A program made the position numbers and the translations under genes. This document shows, in pieces, positions 54,921-63,979 of a stretch of 64,000 nt of DNA. Under the pieces are notes generated by a model that worked only from the letters and a program-made list of their open reading frames with translations, did not search any database and was not told the origin of the DNA. Origin of the DNA: an uncultured beta proteobacterium (lineage in GTDB: Bacteria > Pseudomonadota > Gammaproteobacteria > Burkholderiales > SG8-39); assembly GCA_903859155.1 (NCBI GenBank), contig CAIOLO010000019.1, positions 74,472 through 138,471 of the forward strand, given 5' to 3'. How positions within the stretch are numbered: the stretch's first letter is position 1; every line of letters begins with the position of its first letter.

Positions 54921-56204
54921 CTACTCCCGGCGCATCAGCGTCAGGGCCGGCAGTTCGTCTTCGACCACGTAGCCGAAGCGCTGCCGGAAATCCGCCGGGG
55001 ACAGGCCCGCGGCCTGCGCCAGCCGGGCGAGCTTCTGCGGATTGTCGAAATCGTCGCGCCGCAACCGCACCATGTAGCGCCGGGCGATCGCATAACGCGT
55101 TGAACCGATATCGACGGTGCGCACCCGCGTCCTTCCGGTTGCGGGGTCGAGCATGCTCGAGAACGGCACCGGCACGAATTGCCCGCCCTGCAAAGTAACC
55201 ATGGCGTTCGCGCCGCCTTCGATGAGAAATTTAGCCGCGCAGTAACCGAGGTCGCGCGTGTACTCGATATCGTAGGGTATCGGGTCCGCGCAGCGCAGTT
55301 CGTAGCCGATGTCTTTGGCGGTGATGGTGATCTTGAGGCCGAGGCCGGTGACGCGGTCCTGCACCACTTTTTTGATTCCGCGTCCCAGGTCGATCTCGGA
55401 GATGCGGATGTGGTCGTGCTCGTCGCGTTCGATGGCCCCCAGGCGATCGAGTTCCGCTTCGGGAATGCTCTCGGCCAGGCCCTCGGCGAGGATCGCCACG
55501 CCGTCGACGCGGCCCCCGGAGGCGCGCTTGACGATCGCGCCGGTCAGAATGTCGGCGATCTTGTCCAGGGTTGCCTTGCCGCCGGCAAACTCCTCCGGGA
55601 TGACCGCAAGCGTGGCCCCCGAGGCCTTGGCGATGCCCAGGGCGAGGTGGCCCGCCTTGCGGCCCATGGCGACGACAAAATACCAGCGACCCGCGGACTG
55701 CGCATCGACCATCAGGTTCTTCACCAGTGCGACACCCAGGTGCCGCGCTGTCTGGAATCCGAAGGTGTCGATGTGGGAGGGAAGCGCAAGATCGTTGTCG
55801 ATGGTCTTGGGCACATGCACCACGCGCAGCGCGGCTGCGGCCCGTTCGGCGACTTTCATCGCCGCGAAGGCCGTGTCGTCCCCGCCGATGGTGATCAGTT
55901 GTCCCACGCCGAGTTCGTGCAGGGACTTCACCACCTGATCCAGATGCCCGGATTGCTTGGTCGGATTCGCCCTTGATGTGCCCAGGCAGGTTCCGCCGAG
56001 GAAATGAATGCGGCTCACTTCGTCGATGTCCAGGCTGCGCGCGCAATCCAGCCGGCCCTGCATGAGTTCGGAGAATCCGTTGCGTATGCCAAGGACCTCG
56101 ATGCCCTGGAGCCGGGCGCGGATGGTGGCCGCGCTGATCACACTGTTGATTCCGGGCGCCGGTCCGCCGCCTACCAGGATCGCGAGCTTCTGGGGATTTG
56201 TCAT
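54921..56204 (-). CDS. 6-phosphofructokinase, probably PPi-dependent
   Basis: 427 aa. 'GGGPAPGIN', 'IGGDDT' (Asp rather than Gly), 'PKTIDND' (Lys rather than Gly) and 'MGRKAG'. Confidence 0.75.
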   Translation of the reverse strand: MTNPQKLAILVGGGPAPGINSVISAATIRARLQGIEVLGIRNGFSELMQGRLDCARSLDIDEVSRIHFLGGTCLGTSRANPTKQSGHLDQVVKSLHELGVGQLITIGGDDTAFAAMKVAERAAAALRVVHVPKTIDNDLALPSHIDTFGFQTARHLGVALVKNLMVDAQSAGRWYFVVAMGRKAGHLALGIAKASGATLAVIPEEFAGGKATLDKIADILTGAIVKRASGGRVDGVAILAEGLAESIPEAELDRLGAIERDEHDHIRISEIDLGRGIKKVVQDRVTGLGLKITITAKDIGYELRCADPIPYDIEYTRDLGYCAAKFLIEGGANAMVTLQGGQFVPVPFSSMLDPATGRTRVRTVDIGSTRYAIARRYMVRLRRDDFDNPQKLARLAQAAGLSPADFRQRFGYVVEDELPALTLMRRE

Positions 56205-56431
56205 GCCTTGCCTCCAAATGTTGTATGGGTTCGACCATTCCTTCGCATGTCAGGTCAGGAGCGGTGCCGCCAGTGGCCGTTCCTTGGTACGCAGCTTCTT
56301 GCAAGACCTCGTGCCGTGATTGCGCACCAATCGGTATTTGGGTAGATTGACGCGTCCTGCTGCCGCTCCGTTCATCTCCGATCGCTTCACCGTACATATG
56401 GAAACATTATCTGGTGGCGCACCGCAAGTCT

Positions 56432-56453
56432 TGCAACTCAAATGCAACTCAAA
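56432..56453. repeat. Perfect 11-bp tandem duplication TGCAACTCAAA x2
   Basis: Read directly in the 427-bp divergent intergenic region between the pfk-like gene and Bug copy 9. Confidence 0.6.
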
Positions 56454-56631
56454 TGGTGGGGCTTTTATTCCCCAGTATAAATGTAGCCTTGCTTAGAATT
56501 TTCTGTCCGCTATTGCGTTGCTGAGGTAATGAATAATGGGCGCGGAGTCAAATCAGTACAATGCGCTGCTTTAGCGCTGGTTTCACCGGGCATGCCGCAC
56601 TCTTGCCAGGTACACACGAGGAATCCTTCTC

Positions 56632-57609
56632 ATGAAGCGGGCGTTGTTCATTCTGTTCGGAGCCGGCATGGCGTTTTGCGTCATGTCACCGCTTCCCGTG
56701 CTGTCGCAGGCTTATCCGACCAAACCGGTGCGGGTGGTCGTTCCCTATCCTCCTGGCGGCGCACCGGACCTTGTGACCAGGCTTATTGCGCAGAAAATCA
56801 GTGTTCCGCTGGGGCAGTCCGTGGTGGTGGAGAATCGCGCTGGCGCCAGCAGCATCATCGGTGCTGAAAATGTCGCGCGCTCGGCCCCGGATGGCTACTC
56901 CATATTGCTTGGGACCACCACCACGCATGTGACCAACATGCTGTTGATAAAAAAACTTCCCTACGATGCATTCAAGGACTTTACGCCCATCAGTGCGGTC
57001 CTGGAGCCGATTACGAGTCTGGTGGTGCATCCGTCCCTTCCCGCGAATTCCGTGCTGGAACTCATCGAATATGCCAGGCGCAATCCGGGAAAGATTTCCT
57101 ACAGCAGCACCGGCGTCGGGTCAGTATTCCACCTGGCGGGCGAAATTTTCAATCTGGTTACCGGGGTGGATATGGTCCATGTGCCCTACAAGGGGGCGGT
57201 GCCCGCGCTCGTGGACAATATCGCCGGTCGCATCGATGTCAGCTATGCGGCCTTGGGAAATGTATTGCCGCATGTGCGCGCCGGAAAATTGAAGATGCTC
57301 GCTGTGCTGGAGGGCACGCGCGTCGCCAGTTTGCCCGAGGTGCCGACGGTGAAGGAATCCGTCCCAAGCTTCGAGAAGCCCTCCGGCTGGTACGCTTTTT
57401 TCGGGCCCGCCGGGCTGCCCCTGCCGATCGTCTCCCGGCTTAATGCGGAGATCGTGAAGGTTCTCCATACGCCGGATGTTCGCTCCGGACTTGAGGCAAA
57501 TGCACAGCTTGTTATCGCTAGCAGCCCCGCAGAGTTGGCTGCACTGATGAAAAGAACCTACGAAACCTTTGTCAAAGCAATAGAGGTGGCCGGTCTCAAA
57601 CCGGAATAG
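56632..57609 (+). CDS. Bug/TctC-family substrate-binding protein (copy 9)
   Basis: 325 aa. 'AYPTKPVRVVVPYPPGGAPD'. Confidence 0.85.
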   Translation: MKRALFILFGAGMAFCVMSPLPVLSQAYPTKPVRVVVPYPPGGAPDLVTRLIAQKISVPLGQSVVVENRAGASSIIGAENVARSAPDGYSILLGTTTTHVTNMLLIKKLPYDAFKDFTPISAVLEPITSLVVHPSLPANSVLELIEYARRNPGKISYSSTGVGSVFHLAGEIFNLVTGVDMVHVPYKGAVPALVDNIAGRIDVSYAALGNVLPHVRAGKLKMLAVLEGTRVASLPEVPTVKESVPSFEKPSGWYAFFGPAGLPLPIVSRLNAEIVKVLHTPDVRSGLEANAQLVIASSPAELAALMKRTYETFVKAIEVAGLKPE

Positions 57610-57684
57610 CCGCCTGCCTCCCGGCGCTACTGAGGCGCCGCTCAATTAGCGATCCCTATAGTCAACAGTGAAAGGAATCATCCC

Positions 57685-58512
57685 ATGTCAGCGAGTTTGC
57701 CGGCCGGTTGGCCAAAAGATCGTCCCATGGCAGTTTGCATCAACATCCCCCTCGAGTGGCAGGACGAGGGCGTGTCTCCCGGCGTTACGCCCATGGGCAA
57801 TCCGATCAAACCCGGCTATGTGGATACGGCTGCGCTGCAGTGGGCAGAGTACGCCTTGAAAAAAGGCATCTACAAGATGCTCGACGTTGCCGAGGGGTGT
57901 GGTGTCAAAGTGACCTGCGCCGCCAGCGGGGTCATCACCGAGAAGTACCCGGAGGCGATACAGCGTGTCCATCGGGGTGGACACGAACTCCAGGCGCATG
58001 CCTGGGTTCAGAATCAGTTGCCGGCTTACATGTCGCGCGAGGAAGAAGACGCCAATATCAAGAAATGCATTGCCGGTTTCGAAAAGTGCATCGGCACTCG
58101 CCCGATCGGCTTCGGCACCCCGCGCGGCACCGTCAGCCCGAACACGGTCGAGTTGCTTGTCCGCAACGGCTTCAAGTACTTCAACGACGACATGAGCACA
58201 GACATGCCTTACTTGCAGCAGACGCCCTGGGGGGCGTTTGTGGTGGTGCCCTATGGAATGGAAATCAACGATCTTCCCTTTCACATGCGCCACGGCAATC
58301 CGCTTCATGGGATGACCGATATGGTTGCCGATATGATCAAGGGCTACCCGGAAATCGGGTCTCCCCCGACCTTGATGGATATCGTATTTCACGCCCAGGT
58401 TTGCGGCCGCGTCACCGGCTTGATCCAATTCAAGCGTGTGCTCGAGATGGTGCGCAAGGTTGACTGGATGTGGGTCACGACGCGCGGGGAAGTAGCCAAA
58501 CTGATGATGTAG
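57685..58512 (+). CDS. Polysaccharide deacetylase (NodB-homology / PuuE-like) family protein
   Basis: 275 aa. 'GGHELQAHAW' His pair and an overall PuuE-like pattern. Recognition is moderate only. Confidence 0.55.
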   Translation: MSASLPAGWPKDRPMAVCINIPLEWQDEGVSPGVTPMGNPIKPGYVDTAALQWAEYALKKGIYKMLDVAEGCGVKVTCAASGVITEKYPEAIQRVHRGGHELQAHAWVQNQLPAYMSREEEDANIKKCIAGFEKCIGTRPIGFGTPRGTVSPNTVELLVRNGFKYFNDDMSTDMPYLQQTPWGAFVVVPYGMEINDLPFHMRHGNPLHGMTDMVADMIKGYPEIGSPPTLMDIVFHAQVCGRVTGLIQFKRVLEMVRKVDWMWVTTRGEVAKLMM

Positions 58513-58608
58513 CCTGCTGCAATTGCGCGGCACGCTGCCGCGCTTCCATGGCGCTATTGGCGCCGGGTCGCAACGACTGTTTTACCAACCTTAGCGGGAA
58601 TCGTATCC

Positions 58609-59154
58609 ATGACACGCCTTGCGCCTTTGCCGAGGAACACAATGAACCAGGATCAGGCCGCGGTGTTCGATGACATCGTGGCCAAAGGGGGGAGGCTGGG
58701 AGGGCCTTACGAGGCCTATATTAGGATCCCGCGGTTCATGCGCCTGAATCAACAGATGGGCGACTATCTGCGCAGCACTTCTCTCACGCCGCGTCTTCGC
58801 CTGCTTGCGGCGCTGCTGGTCATCAGGCACTGGGGGGCGCGTTTCGCTTGGGCGACCAACGCCAAGGAAGCCATAGGCGCGGGGTTGGGGCAACAAATTG
58901 TCGATGCCATAAATCACAAGGTGCGACCGGTGATGGAAAATGCCACCGACCAGCTTGTCTGCGACCTGTTGACAGAACTGCTCGACAAGAAAAAAATCGG
59001 TGACGAGGTCTACTGGCAAGCGGCCGGTGCCCTCGGTGAAACCGTACTGACCGACTTGGTTGTCACAGTCGGGTTCTACGGAATGGTCTGTGCCACCCTG
59101 GTAAGCTTTGACATTGACCCGCCGGCAAACGCCGAACAGTGTCTGATAACCTGA
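58609..59154 (+). CDS. Carboxymuconolactone decarboxylase (AhpD-like) family protein
   Basis: 181 aa all-helical pattern with 'LLVIRHWGARFAW..H' typical of CMD-family proteins. Confidence 0.6.
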   Translation: MTRLAPLPRNTMNQDQAAVFDDIVAKGGRLGGPYEAYIRIPRFMRLNQQMGDYLRSTSLTPRLRLLAALLVIRHWGARFAWATNAKEAIGAGLGQQIVDAINHKVRPVMENATDQLVCDLLTELLDKKKIGDEVYWQAAGALGETVLTDLVVTVGFYGMVCATLVSFDIDPPANAEQCLIT

Positions 59155-59185
59155 CTGCTGTCGGGGCAGCAGGGGTAACGCGGCG

Positions 59186-60178
59186 CTAATCCAGCTTCAT
59201 CCCGATGCTTCGAATATCCCTGTCGTATCGCTCCGCCTCTGTTTCCATCAGGCGTCGAAATTCGGCAGGCGACTTTTCCGAGGACACGTAGTCGTTTCTT
59301 TGATAAAAGGTTTTCATGTCCGGCTCGCGCAATGCGGCGACAAGCGAGCGATTCAATCTGTCGACAATAGCCGCTGACACGCCCGCATGAGTGACAAAAC
59401 CTACCCACGAATCGGTAACGAAGCCCGGCGGCCCCCCCGCTTCCTCAACGGTTGGTACGTCCGGCGCATTGGGTGAGCGTGTCCTGGCTCCCACGGCAAT
59501 AATCTTCAACTCTCCGGCGGCCGCCAGCGGGCTTACCGCCAACAGGTCGGCATTTATCAGGTGAATCTGCCCGGTTCGCAGCGCGGTAATGGCGTCCACC
59601 TGAGCCTTGTAGGGTATGTAGGCGAGATCAAGGGACAATTGTTTCTTGAACATCTCGACCCCGAGCCGCTGGCCAAGCGAAACAACCGCCAGGCCATAAT
59701 TGAATTTGCCAGGATTGGCCTTTGCTACTTTGATCAGTTCGGCAACCGAACTGAAGGGCCCACCCGCCTTTACCGCTAGAAAAAAATTGTTCGAGAAGGC
59801 CAGCGCGACCGGCTCGAAATCTTTCCTGTAGTCGTACGGGAGGGGGCCGGCGAGGCTATCGAGGGCGCCGAGAATCGGATTGATCACCAGCAAAGAGTGT
59901 CCGTCTGCAGGCAATGCTTTGAACGCCTGAACGCCGATGACCCCGTTTGCGCCGGGTCTGTTTTCGACGACGACTTGCCGGCCCCAGGCAGTACTAAGTT
60001 TTTGTGCAAACATGCGGGATACGATGTCCATGCCGCCACCCTGGCCGGTGGTGACCACGATTCGCACCAGTCGGTTGGGGAAATCCTGCGCAAAGCAGGC
60101 GGAGGAGGTCCCCAAGATGCCAAGCGCAACCGGGACCAGGCATGCGAGCAATGCGCGATACGAGGTTTTAAGTGCCAT
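59186..60178 (-). CDS. Bug/TctC-family substrate-binding protein (copy 10)
   Basis: True start 'MALKTSYRALLA'. 'DFPNRLVRIVVTTGQGGGMD'. Confidence 0.85.
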   Translation of the reverse strand: MALKTSYRALLACLVPVALGILGTSSACFAQDFPNRLVRIVVTTGQGGGMDIVSRMFAQKLSTAWGRQVVVENRPGANGVIGVQAFKALPADGHSLLVINPILGALDSLAGPLPYDYRKDFEPVALAFSNNFFLAVKAGGPFSSVAELIKVAKANPGKFNYGLAVVSLGQRLGVEMFKKQLSLDLAYIPYKAQVDAITALRTGQIHLINADLLAVSPLAAAGELKIIAVGARTRSPNAPDVPTVEEAGGPPGFVTDSWVGFVTHAGVSAAIVDRLNRSLVAALREPDMKTFYQRNDYVSSEKSPAEFRRLMETEAERYDRDIRSIGMKLD

Positions 60179-60495
60179 GTTTCTGCCTTTCCTTTTTTGA
60201 TGCGAACCTGGCGCGCAAGAACCCGCGCTCAAGCTCGAGCGAAACCAAGCGTGTTGCCGATCTTAAAAAAACCTGCGCCGCTTTCAAATGAAATGAATGC
60301 TTTTTTCAATATTTTCAGTTGCGCTGCCGCGCCACCTCTGCAACGGGGTGCTTCTTACTTGCCTGATGATTGAAAGGCCTTTCGGTTGCATTAAGCGCTC
60401 GGACAGCGTTGGACATTTGATGCAGATCAAATAGGTGGTGGCCCCTTTAAATGCATAGTTGTCCTTTGAGTCGGTTGGGCCGGGCAAGACCCGGC

Positions 60496-60509
60496 TCGCG
60501 CATGCGCGA
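60496..60509. promoter_or_regulatory. Perfect 14-bp palindrome TCGCGCATGCGCGA upstream of transhydroxylase-like pair 3 (candidate operator)
   Basis: Read directly, 35 bp upstream of GTG 60544. Further palindromes in the same intergenic region are GAAAGGCCTTTC (60372-60383) and TTTGAT-N4-ATCAAA (60416-60431). Confidence 0.3.
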
Positions 60510-60543
60510 CAGGCTTGCGGACCAGTGAAAAGGGAAAATATCC

Positions 60544-63141
60544 GTGGAACAAACCGTGAACGCCGGGACCCGATATTCAACATCGGACGAACAAAGGTTC
60601 GTCAACTGCACGCTCAGCGGGCCGGTGGAGGTGTATGTGAAGGCCGGGCGCATCGTGCGCATCGTTCCCCTCACCTATGGTCAGGACGATGCCGCGGCCT
60701 GGACCATGGAAGCGCGCGGACAGACTTTCACCCGTCCGACCAAGGCGTCGGTTTCCTGCTGGGTGCAGGGATCGAAGCAATATGTCTATACCAAGCAGCG
60801 TCTGCTCACACCGCTCAAGCGCGTCGACTTCGATCCGGATGGCAAACGCAACCCGCAGAACCGCGGCATATCGGGCTATGAGCCGATCAGCTGGGACGAC
60901 GCGCTGGGGATCGTCTCCAAGGAAATCATCCGGCTCAAGCGCGAGCATGGCCCCTCATCTATCGCCGTGACCGGCTCCTCGCACGACTCCTGGGGCAACA
61001 TCGGCTACCGCATGAGCGCGCTGGACCGCTTCTGGAATCTGGTGGGATGCACCTGGATAGACCACAACCCTGAAAGCTGGGAGGGGTTTTTCTGGGGTGC
61101 CATCCACCAGTGGGGCTTTTACTGGCGGCTCGGCCAGCCACCGGCCTACGATCTGTTGCACGATACCTTCCAGAACACCGACATGATCGTGTTCTGGAGC
61201 TCGGATCCGACCACCACTTCCGGCGATTACGCCTGGAACGAGACCGATACCTGGCGCTTCCACATGAAGAAGCTGGGGATCAAGTTCGTGTTCATCGACC
61301 CCTACTGCAACTTCACCGCGGTGATCGGCGCGGACAAATGGCTTTCCCCGAAGCCCGGCACGGATACCGCCCTGGCGCTGGCGATCGCATTCATCTGGAT
61401 GACCGAGCACCGTTACGACCAGGACTACGTCAGGACCCACACCGAAGGGTTCGACAAATGGAAGGCCTATGTGCTGGGCGAGGACGATGGCGTGCCCAAG
61501 ACGCCGCAATGGGCCGAGCAGATATCGGGCGTCGATGCCCGGGACATTATCGCGCTGGCCCGCGAATGGGCCGGCAAGAGGACCACCTTGGCCGCCGGCG
61601 GACGCTCAGGGATGGGGCACGCCGGACGCGCCGCCTACGGCCACGAATGGGCGCGCATGATGGTGCTGTTGGTGGCCATGCAGGGTCTGGGCAAGCCCGG
61701 GGTCAATATGTATTCCACCACCGGCGGTGCGCCGGCGGACTGGAGTTTTTACTTCCCCGGCTATGCCGACGGCGGCATCAGCGGTGGCAGTTCCGGCCCC
61801 CGGGAACTCGGGCCGCGCGGCTTTCCCGACAAGGCGGTCCACGGCACCGTCCGCCAGCGGGTCAATCGCTCGGTGTTTCCCGAGGCGGTGATGAATCCCC
61901 CGGTGAGCTGGACCGGCGTGTACGGCTTCTACGGCCAGAGTACCGAGCAGCAGTTCATGAAATGCACCTTCCCGTTCGAAGGCTACTCGCCCATCAAGAT
62001 GCTGTTTCGCCAGGGTTCTTCGTATATCGGCACCATGATGAACACCAATCGCTGGGTGAACATGTACCGGCATCCGAACCTGGAGTTCACGGTCAACCAG
62101 ACCATTTTCAACGAGCCCGAGGCGCGCTTCTCCGACATCGTGTTTCCGGTGTGCACCAACTTCGAGCGCGTCGACATCGGCGAATGGGCAAGGATCTCCG
62201 GCTACTCGCGCCACTTGAACCCGGTGAACGCGCGCGTGATCGTGCTGCAGCAAAAGTGCATCGAACCGCTGGGCGAATCGAAATCCGATTACAAGATCTT
62301 CTCGCTGCTGGCCGAACGGCTGGGAATCAAGCAGCAATTCACCGAGGGCAGGGACGAACTGCAGTGGGCGCACCGCATGTATGAGGTGAGCGACCTGCCC
62401 AAGGTCATGACCTGGGAGGAGTTCCAGAAGAAGGGCTACTACGTTGTCCCGGTGCCCAAGGACTACAAATACAAGCCGGCCTTCCGCGCCTATTACGAGG
62501 GCCGGGCCAAGGAGAACGACGAGTGGGGCCCGAGCCTGCAGGACCAGCCGGTCAACGAAGGCAAGGGGATGGCGACGCCAAGCGGAAAAATCGAATTCGA
62601 ATCGCAGAGCCTGAAGCGCTTCGATCCGAACGACCCGGAGCGGCCGCTGGTGCCGCACTACATTCCCTCATGGGAAGGGCACACCACCACCGAACTGCTC
62701 GGCAAATATCCGTTGCAGCTGATCACGCCGCACCCGCGTTTTACCTTCCATTCGCAATTCGACGGCAAGGATCTGTGGAACGACGAGATCCCGCATCAGC
62801 GGCGCACCAAGGATGGCTATCGCTACTGGGTGATCCGCCTGCATCCCAAAGACGCCGAGGAGCGCGGTCTAAAGGACGGCGATCTGGTGAAAGTCTTCAA
62901 TGACCGGGGCACGGTCATCCTGATTGTCACGGTGACATTGCGCATGATGGCCGGGGTGGTGCATTCCTACAGTTCCGGCGGCGGCTACGATCCCATGGGG
63001 GAACCGGGCAATCCCAAGACGCCGGACAAGGGCGGCACCATCAACCAGCTGACTTCTTCGCGCTTCAATTCCAAACATGCCTCGGGAATGGGGCCGGGGT
63101 CGTGCCTGGTCGAAGTGCAGAAATGGGAAGGGGCGCACTGA
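60544..63141 (+). CDS. Pyrogallol hydroxytransferase/resorcinol hydroxylase-like large (alpha) subunit, paralog 3 (no N-terminal extension)
   Basis: 865 aa (GTG start). Colinear with paralogs 1 and 2 from their residues ~140 onward ('[34 protein letters not shown]','HNPESWEGFFWGAIHQWG','VFWSSDP'). The length is close to the 875-aa Pelobacter enzyme as I recall it. Confidence 0.8.
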   Translation: MEQTVNAGTRYSTSDEQRFVNCTLSGPVEVYVKAGRIVRIVPLTYGQDDAAAWTMEARGQTFTRPTKASVSCWVQGSKQYVYTKQRLLTPLKRVDFDPDGKRNPQNRGISGYEPISWDDALGIVSKEIIRLKREHGPSSIAVTGSSHDSWGNIGYRMSALDRFWNLVGCTWIDHNPESWEGFFWGAIHQWGFYWRLGQPPAYDLLHDTFQNTDMIVFWSSDPTTTSGDYAWNETDTWRFHMKKLGIKFVFIDPYCNFTAVIGADKWLSPKPGTDTALALAIAFIWMTEHRYDQDYVRTHTEGFDKWKAYVLGEDDGVPKTPQWAEQISGVDARDIIALAREWAGKRTTLAAGGRSGMGHAGRAAYGHEWARMMVLLVAMQGLGKPGVNMYSTTGGAPADWSFYFPGYADGGISGGSSGPRELGPRGFPDKAVHGTVRQRVNRSVFPEAVMNPPVSWTGVYGFYGQSTEQQFMKCTFPFEGYSPIKMLFRQGSSYIGTMMNTNRWVNMYRHPNLEFTVNQTIFNEPEARFSDIVFPVCTNFERVDIGEWARISGYSRHLNPVNARVIVLQQKCIEPLGESKSDYKIFSLLAERLGIKQQFTEGRDELQWAHRMYEVSDLPKVMTWEEFQKKGYYVVPVPKDYKYKPAFRAYYEGRAKENDEWGPSLQDQPVNEGKGMATPSGKIEFESQSLKRFDPNDPERPLVPHYIPSWEGHTTTELLGKYPLQLITPHPRFTFHSQFDGKDLWNDEIPHQRRTKDGYRYWVIRLHPKDAEERGLKDGDLVKVFNDRGTVILIVTVTLRMMAGVVHSYSSGGGYDPMGEPGNPKTPDKGGTINQLTSSRFNSKHASGMGPGSCLVEVQKWEGAH

Positions 63142-63142
63142 C

Positions 63143-63979
63143 ATGGCACGCTATGGAATGGTGGTGAACCTGGACCGCTGCGTCGGCTGTTACAACTGCC
63201 AGATCGCCTGCAAGGACGAGCATGTGGGCAATGATTTCCTGCCGGTGGCCAAATCCCAGCCGGCCTTCGGCCAGTTCTGGATGGCCATCCAGGAAGTCGA
63301 GCGGGTGGTTTCGCCCTCGCATATCCGCGTCAATTACACCCCGGTGTTCTGCCAGCAGTGCCGCGATGCGCCCTGCATCAGCGCGGCAAAGGACGGCGCG
63401 GTCTATCGCCGCGGCGACGGCATCGTGATCATCGATCCGGTCAAGGCGGTCGGGCAGAAGCAGCTGGCGGCCTCTTGTCCCTACGGGGTGATTTTCTGGA
63501 ACGAGGAGCAGCAGCTCGCGCAGAAATGCACCTTCTGCGCGCACCTGCTCGATGACGGCTGGAAGGAACCGCGCTGCGTGCAGACCTGTCCGGCGGGCTG
63601 CCTGAACTTCGGCGATCTGGATGACCCGGCAAGTCCCGCGGCAAAACTGCTGGAGGAAACCCGGGCCGAAACCTGGCATCCGGAGTTCAAGGCGAAGCCT
63701 AATGTCTATTACGCCGGTTTGCCCAAGCCCATGCTCTCGGGGAGGGTGCTGCTCGCGGACAAGAACGAATGGGCCGAGAACGTCAGCGTCACGCTGACCG
63801 ACAAAGCGGGCTTAAAGCGGGATTGCATAACCGACGCGTTCGGGGATTTCGCCTTCGACGGCCTGGAACAGAAGACCTATACGCTGAAACTGGAGGCCCC
63901 CGGTTATGCGGGGCAGAGCAACGAGATCGCGGTGAATCCCGACATCAGTTACCTTGGGAACATCGTGTTGCGCAGGTAG
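63143..63979 (+). CDS. Pyrogallol hydroxytransferase/resorcinol hydroxylase-like small (beta) subunit, paralog 3 (three-cluster type)
   Basis: True start 'MARYGMVVNLDRCVGCYNCQIAC', 1 nt after the alpha stop. 'CQQCRDAPC', 'SCPYG', 'CTFCAHLLDDGWKEPRCVQTCP' and a C-terminal 'FGDFAFDGL' beta-sandwich. Confidence 0.8.
   Translation: MARYGMVVNLDRCVGCYNCQIACKDEHVGNDFLPVAKSQPAFGQFWMAIQEVERVVSPSHIRVNYTPVFCQQCRDAPCISAAKDGAVYRRGDGIVIIDPVKAVGQKQLAASCPYGVIFWNEEQQLAQKCTFCAHLLDDGWKEPRCVQTCPAGCLNFGDLDDPASPAAKLLEETRAETWHPEFKAKPNVYYAGLPKPMLSGRVLLADKNEWAENVSVTLTDKAGLKRDCITDAFGDFAFDGLEQKTYTLKLEAPGYAGQSNEIAVNPDISYLGNIVLRR

Noticed and set aside
58525-58543. Hairpin GCGCGGCA-CGC-TGCCGCGC after the deacetylase-like gene as a terminator.
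   Set aside because: Only 'TT' follows the stem, and the next gene starts 66 bp later on the same strand. It may be a weak attenuator at most, so I did not list it as a feature.
6651-63141. Possible selenocysteine (in-frame TGA) at the Mo-ligand position of the five molybdoenzymes, as in formate dehydrogenases.
   Set aside because: All five catalytic-subunit ORFs are uninterrupted. No in-frame TGA or split ORF pattern is seen. The only recoding candidate in the window is the UGSC gene.
6651-63141. Twin-arginine (Tat) signal peptides on the molybdoenzymes, which would imply periplasmic respiratory reductases.
   Set aside because: No N-terminus shows an S/T-R-R-x-F-L-K motif followed by a hydrophobic stretch. 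I therefore treat all of them as cytoplasmic.
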